This document shows positions 8,385 to 16,488 of a stretch of DNA of 64,000 nucleotides, piece by piece. Each line of letters starts with the position of its first letter. Positions within the stretch are counted from its first letter, which is position 1. Where the stretch lies: positions 12,316-76,315 of the forward strand of contig JAHLLG010000006.1 of assembly GCA_020444275.1 (NCBI GenBank), given 5' to 3'. The notes beneath the pieces are model-generated. The model did not search any database, was not told the origin of the DNA, and saw only the letters and a list, made by a program, of their open reading frames with translations. The position numbers and the translations under genes were made by a program. This stretch comes from Bacteroidota bacterium (GTDB lineage: Bacteria; Bacteroidota; Bacteroidia; Bacteroidales; UBA12077).

Positions 8385-8608
8385 CTATCGACTATCAACC
8401 GTGGACTATGGACTATCAACTATGGACTGTAGTCTATCGACTATAGACCATCAACCGTGGACCATGGACTATCGACTGTGGACTATAATCTATCAACTAT
8501 AGACTATTAACCGTGGACCATGGACTATCAACTGTGGACTATAATCTATCAACTATAGACTATTAACCGTGGACCATGGACTATCAACTGTGGACTATAA
8601 TCTATCAA
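8385..8608 (+). repeat. 32 in-phase heptamers with a 56-bp (8-heptamer) higher-order repeat
   Basis: 224 bp = 32 x 7 with no phase slip. The 56-bp unit ccgtggaccatggactatc.actgtggactataatctatcaactatagactattaa starts at 8455, 8511 and 8567 (the last copy is 42 bp). Confidence 0.95.
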
Positions 8609-9191
8609 CCCTCTCTTTCTCAAAAATCTCCTTAAGAAGTTTCTCCATCGTTTTTTCTTTTTCCTCTTCATTCAGTGAAGTAACCCGGGTAACATACATG
8701 TGATCGATCACCTGCATGCCACAAAACTCGAATACTCCCTTATCCTGTGTAGTTTTTAGTCCTTCATACACATTGGATAACCGTAATGATTTTTCATCCA
8801 TTCCTGCCGAGGTAATTAGGCGTACGCGTTTTTCGGTAAGCATTCCCTCCGGTCCCTTACCATTCATCCTAAATGCAAAACCATTGGTAAATACCCGGTC
8901 GATATACCCTTTCAAAATCGCCGGAAAAGCATCCCACCACAGTGGGTACAGTATCGTAATCTCATCAGCCCACTGGATATAATTTTGTTCTACTACCACA
9001 TCGGCCATAAACTGCCCTTCTTTATTAAATTTTAACTCCTGTGCTGATAATACCGGATTAAACTTTAAATCATACAAATCTCTGACTTTGACCTCATGGC
9101 CCTGTTCATAAAATCGGTCTACCAGTTCGCTTTTTAATTGTTGTGTAAAACTGTCTTTTTTCGGATGTGCTATTATGAGTAACTGATTCAT
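8595..9191 (-). CDS. NAD(P)H dehydrogenase (quinone), flavodoxin-like fold family
   Basis: MNQLLIIAHPKKDSFTQQL..., WW.AFPAILKGYIDRVFTNGFAF. The ORF extends to 9224, but the ATG at 9191 gives the family-typical N-terminus. Confidence 0.75.
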   Translation of the reverse strand: MNQLLIIAHPKKDSFTQQLKSELVDRFYEQGHEVKVRDLYDLKFNPVLSAQELKFNKEGQFMADVVVEQNYIQWADEITILYPLWWDAFPAILKGYIDRVFTNGFAFRMNGKGPEGMLTEKRVRLITSAGMDEKSLRLSNVYEGLKTTQDKGVFEFCGMQVIDHMYVTRVTSLNEEEKEKTMEKLLKEIFEKERVDRL

Positions 9192-9430
9192 CTTGTTTAT
9201 TTTTATCTTTATTTTTTTAAACAAATGTTATTCTGAATTGTTCAGAGCATATTATTTATAACGTTCATCTAATATTTTAACTGTTCATAAACATAATTTG
9301 CTAGTTCGTCGGAAAAGTTTTGGATGCTATTTGTTTCCGAGGTTCCTTTGTGTAACATTTTTAACAAAAAAATAATCTTCTGTTAATTATGGTGAACAAT
9401 AATTCATAGAGCTTTGTTTGAAATAAACAC

Positions 9431-9460
9431 TGGAAACTTTTTTTATATTTTTTGTTTCCA
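9431..9460. promoter_or_regulatory. Inverted repeat TGGAAAC-N16-GTTTCCA, candidate TetR operator
   Basis: Perfect 7-bp arms at 9431-9437 and 9454-9460, immediately upstream of the -7 box of the tetR-efflux operon. Confidence 0.3.
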
Positions 9461-9473
9461 ACGTTTTTTGTTA

Positions 9474-9481
9474 TATATTTG
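9474..9481 (+). promoter_or_regulatory. -7 promoter box (TAnnTTTG)
   Basis: TATATTTG lies 26 nt upstream of the ATG at 9508. Confidence 0.45.
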
Positions 9482-9507
9482 CGACCTTAAAAAGAAGGAT
9501 AACATAA

Positions 9508-10170
9508 ATGACTAGATTAGAAGAAGATATTAGTGAAAATTTGAATCCGGAACTAGAAAATATTTTGGGAAGAGTGGGTGAGCTCTATAACAAATATGGT
9601 ATTAAAAGCGTTACCATGGACGATGTTGCTCGTGAGTTGGGAATATCGAAAAAAACACTCTACCAGTATGTTGTAAACAAGAATGATTTGGTTTCAAAAG
9701 TCCTGGATTATCTCCTGAATCAAAAAAATTGCGTGTTCAAGGAGTTATTATCTAAAGATCTGAATGCCATTGAAGAGCTTCTTGAAGTTGGTGTTTACAT
9801 TATTAAATCTATTAAAGATTATAATCCTTCAACACAATACGACTTAAAGAAATACTACCCTGAACTGTACACTAAATTCCATGATGTGAGAAAAGAACGT
9901 ATGCATCAGTCTATTCTGAAAAACATTGAAAAAGGAAAAGAACAGGGTTTATATCGCAAAGAACTGGACAATGACATTATAGCAAAAATTCAAACCAGCC
10001 GGTTTATTCATATGAGTTCCGACGAATTTTTTGACCGGGATGAAATGCTAAAACCTCAATATGTGATGGAGCTGTTTATTTATCACATCCGGGGAATTGC
10101 AAACAATAAAGGCCTCGAAGTTTTGGAGAAAACATTAGATAAAATAGATATACAAGAATATTTACATTAA
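9508..10170 (+). CDS. TetR/AcrR family transcriptional regulator
   Basis: N-terminal HTH SVTMDDVARELGISKKTLYQYV. It heads the efflux operon. Confidence 0.85.
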   Translation: MTRLEEDISENLNPELENILGRVGELYNKYGIKSVTMDDVARELGISKKTLYQYVVNKNDLVSKVLDYLLNQKNCVFKELLSKDLNAIEELLEVGVYIIKSIKDYNPSTQYDLKKYYPELYTKFHDVRKERMHQSILKNIEKGKEQGLYRKELDNDIIAKIQTSRFIHMSSDEFFDRDEMLKPQYVMELFIYHIRGIANNKGLEVLEKTLDKIDIQEYLH

Positions 10171-10186
10171 ACATAATCAGAGTACA

Positions 10187-11584
10187 ATGAAACATAAAAT
10201 TTGGATTCAACTTATTTTAATTGCACTACTCCCCGTTTTGTCATTAGCACAAAACGACAGCACGCTTAATTTTACGTTAAACAGTGCACAAGAGTATGCC
10301 ATACAAAATAACCTGACGTTGGAAAATGCAAAACTGGATATTGAATCAGCAGAGAAAAAGGTTTGGGAAACAACCGCCATTGGCTTGCCCCAGATTAATG
10401 CAACGCTCGATTATCAGCATATACCCGGCGATTTGCCAACAGCCAGTTTTGGTAGTGATAGCACCACAGCAATGTTTTACGATTACATTTTAAGTTCTCT
10501 TAGTGATATGGGGTATCCTCCATCACAAGACTTAATGGATCGATTATCAACACCGGCAGAACCTTTTACCTTGGGTGTAAAAAACAGTACAACCTATGGT
10601 GCTACCGTATCGCAACTTATTTTTAGCGGTGAGTATATTGTTGGATTGCAGGCTTCAAAAACCTACCTGCAAATATCAAAGTTAAGCCACGAAAAGCAGG
10701 AGCTTGAACTACGATCAAAGGTAATCAATAGTTATATCTCCATCTTGATTCTTGAAAACAATCTACAGATCATCAACGAAACCATAGACAATATGCAGTC
10801 GTTAGTTGATGAAACCCAAAAGATGCAGCAGCAAGGATTTTTGGAGTCAACGGATGTGGATCAGTTGCAAATTAACCTGAACACTTTAATCAACTCTCAG
10901 AAAACCATTGAGCGCCAAATTGAAATTTCGTATGTGCTTTTTAAAATTGTACTGGGAACTGATCTGGATGCAAAATTGGCGTTAGCTGAAAACCTGAATA
11001 CGGTATACGAACAAATCATTGGTAAAGCAGTAAACACCGAATTTGACGTAACAGGTAATATCGATTACAGAATGATGGATAACCAGGTGAGAATATCCGA
11101 GCTATCGTTAAAAAGAGAAAAATCAACCTATCTGCCAACGGTTTCGGCCTTTTACAATTACCAGGATAAAACCAATAAAGCATCGTTTGATTTTACGATT
11201 AATCACATTATTGGTGTAAATGTAAGCATGCCAATATTTACTAGTTTTCAGCGTAATGCAAAGGTTCAGCAGGCCAAAATCGATCTTGAAAAATCAAAAA
11301 ATAACCAAACATTGCTGGAAAGAAACCTGAAAGCGCAAACACAGCAATTACGGTTCAATTTCCAAAATGCACTGGATAAGTATAGCGTAACCATGCAAAA
11401 TGTAGATTTGTCGAAACGTGTTTTTGAAAATACAACCAAACGTTATAAAGAAGGCATGGTTTCGAGCATGGATTTAACACAATCGAACACAACATATTTA
11501 CAGGCAGAGTCGGATAAAACATCGGCACTGTTTGAATTGATACAAACCAAAATAGAATTAGAAAAAATATTAAACGAATTATAA
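10187..11584 (+). CDS. TolC-family outer-membrane efflux protein
   Basis: Signal peptide, duplicated coiled-coil/beta architecture, and position ahead of the MFP and RND genes. Confidence 0.85.
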   Translation: MKHKIWIQLILIALLPVLSLAQNDSTLNFTLNSAQEYAIQNNLTLENAKLDIESAEKKVWETTAIGLPQINATLDYQHIPGDLPTASFGSDSTTAMFYDYILSSLSDMGYPPSQDLMDRLSTPAEPFTLGVKNSTTYGATVSQLIFSGEYIVGLQASKTYLQISKLSHEKQELELRSKVINSYISILILENNLQIINETIDNMQSLVDETQKMQQQGFLESTDVDQLQINLNTLINSQKTIERQIEISYVLFKIVLGTDLDAKLALAENLNTVYEQIIGKAVNTEFDVTGNIDYRMMDNQVRISELSLKREKSTYLPTVSAFYNYQDKTNKASFDFTINHIIGVNVSMPIFTSFQRNAKVQQAKIDLEKSKNNQTLLERNLKAQTQQLRFNFQNALDKYSVTMQNVDLSKRVFENTTKRYKEGMVSSMDLTQSNTTYLQAESDKTSALFELIQTKIELEKILNEL

Positions 11585-11585
11585 A

Positions 11586-12830
11586 ATGAGAAAGTTAATC
11601 GTATTAGCCGTAATTGCAGCAATGGCTGCGTGCAGCCCAAAACCAGAAAATAAAACATTAGCTGAATTGTATGCTACAAGAGATTCGTTGCAACAAGAAG
11701 AAGCAAAAATCGATAAAAAATTAAATAACATACAAATCGAAATTGCTGAGATCGATTCAACTGTTAATCCTGATGATTTGAAAATCATTAAGCAAATTGC
11801 TATGCAAAAAAATAAAATTGTTGGGATTGAATCTAAAATCAGGAAACTGGAAAATAAGATGACAGCACGGGAAGAAAAAGAATTGATTCCTGTATCTGTG
11901 AAAGATATCAAGCCAGAAACATTTAATCACTATATCATAACATATGGCGAAGTAGAAGCAAAGAATTATGCCATGATAAGCCCTGAGATGAATGGACGAA
12001 TAGAAAAATTCTACGTTCAGGAAGGTTCACGAGTTACAAAAGGACAATTGCTTGTTTCTTTAAATACCGATGCCATTGACAAACAAATACAAGGTGTAAA
12101 AAGCACTTTAGAATTAGCCACAAAAACATTTAATAAATTAGATACCCTATGGAAACAAAATATTGGTTCCGAGATAGATTATCTTTCGGCTAAAAACAAT
12201 AAAGAATCATTGGAAGCACAACTGGAAGGATTACAAGCGCAAAAACGTATGGCCCAAATTCGTGCTCCGTTTGATGGTATTGTTGATAAGAAATTTTCAA
12301 AAGAGGGTGAAATTGCCAGTCCGGGAATGCCGGTGATTGAATTTGTGAACTTAAGCAAATTAACCATTACGGCTGATATTTCCGAAGCATATCTTGGTAA
12401 AATTAATACCGGTCAGCTTGTTGAATTAAGTTTTGATGCGTTACCAAATTACAGTGTTAAAGCTCCTATCTCAAGAGTTTCGAAGGTAATTACCTCTTCT
12501 AGCAGAACGTTCGAAATTGAAATGGAAATCAACAATCCGGATGAAAAAATTAAACCTAATTTAGTTTCAACCATTAAAATTAATGATTATTCATCTGATA
12601 AAGCATTTGTGGTTCCTTCGTTAGCTATTCGTAAAGATATTACCGGAAACTATGTATATGTTGTTAACAACAAAAATAACCAACAGATTGTCGGGAAAAA
12701 ATATGTAACCACCGATTTATCATACGAAGAAAACACACTGGTTACAAAAGGTTTGGCAAAGGGAGATCGGGTAATAGTTAAAGGATACCATTTGGTAAGT
12801 GCTGGTGTACCGGTAAAAGTTGTAAAATAA
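11586..12830 (+). CDS. Efflux RND periplasmic adaptor (MFP/HlyD family) lipoprotein
   Basis: Lipobox AAMAACS, long coiled coil, and a lipoyl/beta-barrel segment (IRAPFDGIV). Confidence 0.85.
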   Translation: MRKLIVLAVIAAMAACSPKPENKTLAELYATRDSLQQEEAKIDKKLNNIQIEIAEIDSTVNPDDLKIIKQIAMQKNKIVGIESKIRKLENKMTAREEKELIPVSVKDIKPETFNHYIITYGEVEAKNYAMISPEMNGRIEKFYVQEGSRVTKGQLLVSLNTDAIDKQIQGVKSTLELATKTFNKLDTLWKQNIGSEIDYLSAKNNKESLEAQLEGLQAQKRMAQIRAPFDGIVDKKFSKEGEIASPGMPVIEFVNLSKLTITADISEAYLGKINTGQLVELSFDALPNYSVKAPISRVSKVITSSSRTFEIEMEINNPDEKIKPNLVSTIKINDYSSDKAFVVPSLAIRKDITGNYVYVVNNKNNQQIVGKKYVTTDLSYEENTLVTKGLAKGDRVIVKGYHLVSAGVPVKVVK

Positions 12831-12847
12831 ATTGAAATTGTATTGAC

Positions 12848-15800
12848 ATGACAGTTAAAGAATTATCAGATAAAGTGGTGAGAGAGTTTAAATTAACTAC
12901 TCTTGCGCTCAAAAATAAAAATACGGTATATCTTCTAACCCTGATTCTTCTCTTTTTTGGAATCTACTCGTACAGAAGTTTGCCTAAGGAATTATTTCCT
13001 GAAATTGTGTGGCCACAAATTATGGTCCAAACCATTTATCCGGGTAACTCACCGGAAGATATTGAGAACCTGGTTACCCGACCGCTGGAGAAAGAGCTGG
13101 AAAATGTTCGTGGATTAAAAGAGATCACTTCTATTTCGGCTCAGGATGCGTCAATGATATTTGTTGAATTCAATACCGATGTTGATATAGAAGATGCTTT
13201 AAGAAGAGTTAAAGATGGGGTAGATAATGCTAAAACAGAACTTCCTCCGGAAGGTCCAGATTTTCCGGGTCCGAATGCTTTTGATATTGACTTTTCGGAA
13301 TTTGCTATTATAAATATTAACCTTTCGGGAGATTATAGTGTTGAGGAGTTAAAATATTATGCAGAGCAGCTTCAGGATGAGTTTGAAAGCATCTCCGAAG
13401 TTTCCAAAGCTTTGATTGAGGGTGTTAACGATCGCGAAATAAAGATAAACGTTGATCTAGTGAAACTTGAAGCAATGGAGCTATCCTTTTATGATATCAC
13501 AAATGCTATTCGAAATGAAAATGTTTCGATGTCGGGAGGTGAAATTCTTTTAGGACACACCAGACGTAGTATTCGAACAGTTGGTGAGTTTAAGGATATG
13601 AAAGAACTGGAAAATATTATCATTAAAAGTGACCAAGGTAAAAATGTATACCTGAAAGATGTAGCTGAAGTTATTGATGGTTATACTGAACCAACGAGTT
13701 TTGCTCGTTTAAACAAAGAACCTGTGGTTTCTATACAGGTAGTTAAAAAAGGCGGTGAAAATCTACTTTCTACTACAAAGCAGATTTATGCAAAACTTGA
13801 CGAATCAAAAAATAATAATACTTTGCCTGATAATCTTGATATATCAATTACCAACGATCAGAGTGAAATGGTTAAGATGCAGCTAAGTAACCTGGAAAAC
13901 AGCATGATCATGGGGGTAATTTTGGTTATCACCGTGCTATTTTTCTTTTTAGGTACACGAGATGCATTGTTTGTTGGTTTAGCTATTCCAATGTCTATGT
14001 TTATTTCATTCGTTGTAATTGGTGCCATTGATTTTCGTATCAATATGATTGTTCTTTTTGCGCTTATTTTAGCACTGGGTATGCTGGTAGATAATGCTAT
14101 TGTGGTAGTGGAAAATATTCACCGGTTTATGGATAATGGTTATTCCCCGTGGGTTGCAGCGAAGGAAGCTGTTGGTGAAATTGCGGTACCTATTATCGCT
14201 TCAACAGCAACTACATTAGCAGCGTTTTTTCCATTGGCACTTTGGCATGGCATTATGGGTGAATTTATGAAATACTTACCCATTACACTCATCATCGTTT
14301 TAACATCTTCACTGCTTGTAGCTCTTGTAATAATTCCTGTTGTCGCAGCTACATTTAGTAAACAACAAGACGAAAACAACAATGGGAAAAAAGTATACCG
14401 CAAAAAAAGAGCTGTACTCGTTGCTATAGGATTAATGGTTGCAGGTGGATTACTTCTTTTAACAGGTGTGCGTGTTATCGCCAATCTTTTGATTTTATTT
14501 GGATTTATTGGAATCTTGCACGTGTTATTTTTGCGTCGGATGGAATCGTGGTTTCAGGATATATTCCTGGTTAAACTGGAAAAAGTTTACAGTCGAGTAA
14601 TTACATTTGCTCTTAAAGGAAAGCATTTATTATATATCTTCTTCGGAACCATTGCATTACTGATTATTACGGTAATGTTGTTTTTCTCAAGAATGCCAGA
14701 TATTACCTTATTTCCCGATGCAGATCCTAACTATATTAATATTGTGGCAAAACTGCCAACAGGAACAGATATTACAGGAACAAATGCCTTTACCAATAAA
14801 TTAGAAGATGATATCATTTCGTTTTTAGAACCCTACAAAAATGAAAACGGTGAATCAATTACCGAATCGGTATTAACAACAGTTGGTAAAGGTGATCCAA
14901 TGGATTTTTCTGCCGGAGCCAAACCTAACGAAGCAATTATAACTATTAGTTTTATTGATTTTGATCTTAGAGGTGATATAAGTACTTCTGATATCATGAA
15001 AAAATTAACTGACAACATTATAGGTCGCTACCCAGGTGTTGAACTGGAAATATCAAAAGATGAAGGTGGGCCACCTACCGGAAAACCTATTAACCTGGAA
15101 ATAATTGGTCAGGACTTTGATGAGTTAGTATATTTGACTGATACCATTAAAACGTATATCGAAATGCAAAATATTGATGGTATTGAAGGGCTAAAAATGA
15201 ATATTAGCACACAAAAGCCGGAAATATTAATCCATATCGACCGCGATAAGGCTCAACGATACGGACTATCCACACAAATGATCGCCTATACTATCCGTCA
15301 ATCTTTATTTGGCGATGAGGTTTCTGATTTTAAAGTGGGAGAAGATGAATACCCAATTATGGTTCGATTGAAAGATAAATACAGGTATAATTTACCTGCT
15401 ATGATGAACCTGAAAATACCTGTTTTCGGTGACGGGCCACCGGCATATATTCCACTATCTGCAGTTGCAAATTTTGAATACTCTACCACTTTCAGCTCTA
15501 TCCGACGTAAAGATTTAGACCGTGTAATTACTTTATATTCAAACGTAATTGAAGGGTATAATGCAAACACGATTAACATACAGTTGGCTGGTTTAATGGA
15601 AGATTTTGAAATGCCTGCTGGCTATCGTTATGAATTTACCGGCGAGCAACAAGAACAAAATGAATCTACTGAATTTCTTGGTAATGCTATGTTAATTGCA
15701 CTTGCCCTTATCATGTTAATACTTGTTACGCAATTTAATTCCATCATTAGAACATTAATCATCCTGACCAGTGTTTTATTTAGTACTATCGGTGTTTTTG

Positions 15801-16321
15801 GCGGATTATGGACTTTTAAAATGGACTTCGTGATTATCATGACGGGGATTGGTATTATCTCACTGGCCGGAATTGTGGTAAACAATGCCATTGTACTGGT
15901 CGATTATATTGAGCTTTTAAAAGCACGAAAACGAAAAGAACTTGGATTACCTGATGGAGCATTTTTACCATTAAATGCTGCTACAGAGTGTATAATTGCA
16001 GCTGGAAAAACAAGATTACGTCCGGTGCTGTTAACAGCAATTACAACCATTTTAGGTCTTTTACCAATGGCCATTGGTTTAAATTTCGATTTTGAAGGTT
16101 TACTTAGTAACTATGATCCACATATTTATTTCGGTGGAGATATGTCTTCATATTGGGGACCTATGTCATGGACAGTAATATTTGGATTAACATTTTCTAC
16201 CTTTCTAACGCTCATTGTGGTGCCTGTAATGTATCGTTTAACGGTAATTGCACAAAAATGGGTTACCGGTTTTAAAAATGATATTAAAACGAGTATTACA
16301 GAAATGAACAATAATAAATAA
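12848..16321 (+). CDS. Efflux RND permease (AcrB-like), 1157 aa
   Basis: Typical two-fold TM/porter architecture. Motifs LGMLVDNAIVVVENI and AGIVVNNAIVLVDYI. Confidence 0.9.
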   Translation: MTVKELSDKVVREFKLTTLALKNKNTVYLLTLILLFFGIYSYRSLPKELFPEIVWPQIMVQTIYPGNSPEDIENLVTRPLEKELENVRGLKEITSISAQDASMIFVEFNTDVDIEDALRRVKDGVDNAKTELPPEGPDFPGPNAFDIDFSEFAIININLSGDYSVEELKYYAEQLQDEFESISEVSKALIEGVNDREIKINVDLVKLEAMELSFYDITNAIRNENVSMSGGEILLGHTRRSIRTVGEFKDMKELENIIIKSDQGKNVYLKDVAEVIDGYTEPTSFARLNKEPVVSIQVVKKGGENLLSTTKQIYAKLDESKNNNTLPDNLDISITNDQSEMVKMQLSNLENSMIMGVILVITVLFFFLGTRDALFVGLAIPMSMFISFVVIGAIDFRINMIVLFALILALGMLVDNAIVVVENIHRFMDNGYSPWVAAKEAVGEIAVPIIASTATTLAAFFPLALWHGIMGEFMKYLPITLIIVLTSSLLVALVIIPVVAATFSKQQDENNNGKKVYRKKRAVLVAIGLMVAGGLLLLTGVRVIANLLILFGFIGILHVLFLRRMESWFQDIFLVKLEKVYSRVITFALKGKHLLYIFFGTIALLIITVMLFFSRMPDITLFPDADPNYINIVAKLPTGTDITGTNAFTNKLEDDIISFLEPYKNENGESITESVLTTVGKGDPMDFSAGAKPNEAIITISFIDFDLRGDISTSDIMKKLTDNIIGRYPGVELEISKDEGGPPTGKPINLEIIGQDFDELVYLTDTIKTYIEMQNIDGIEGLKMNISTQKPEILIHIDRDKAQRYGLSTQMIAYTIRQSLFGDEVSDFKVGEDEYPIMVRLKDKYRYNLPAMMNLKIPVFGDGPPAYIPLSAVANFEYSTTFSSIRRKDLDRVITLYSNVIEGYNANTINIQLAGLMEDFEMPAGYRYEFTGEQQEQNESTEFLGNAMLIALALIMLILVTQFNSIIRTLIILTSVLFSTIGVFGGLWTFKMDFVIIMTGIGIISLAGIVVNNAIVLVDYIELLKARKRKELGLPDGAFLPLNAATECIIAAGKTRLRPVLLTAITTILGLLPMAIGLNFDFEGLLSNYDPHIYFGGDMSSYWGPMSWTVIFGLTFSTFLTLIVVPVMYRLTVIAQKWVTGFKNDIKTSITEMNNNK

Positions 16322-16342
16322 AAGCTATACTTTTATAAAAAA

Positions 16343-16373
16343 CCTGAGAGTTCTAAAATTCTCAGGTTTTTTT
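16343..16373 (+). terminator. Rho-independent terminator
   Basis: Stem cctgaga (16343-16349) / tctcagg (16360-16366), then T7. Confidence 0.8.
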
Positions 16374-16488
16374 ATGCGCATAATCCATCTGCTATATCGT
16401 AAATTGATGCTTATTATTGACATTTAAGTGGCCAATGCGTATCTTTAGTTGAATTAACGGGAGGGTGTAACCAAAATTTTAACGTTCA

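Noticed and set aside
8216-8446. ORF 8216..8446 (+)
   Set aside because: It overlaps the 3' end of the wzi-like gene out of frame and then reads through heptamer repeats.
14140-14484. Antisense ORF in the RND permease; similar cases at 11579..11911, 22974..23303, 44520..44918, 45672..46055 and 57836..58150
   Set aside because: All are contained in long, motif-supported genes on the opposite strand and show no independent signals.
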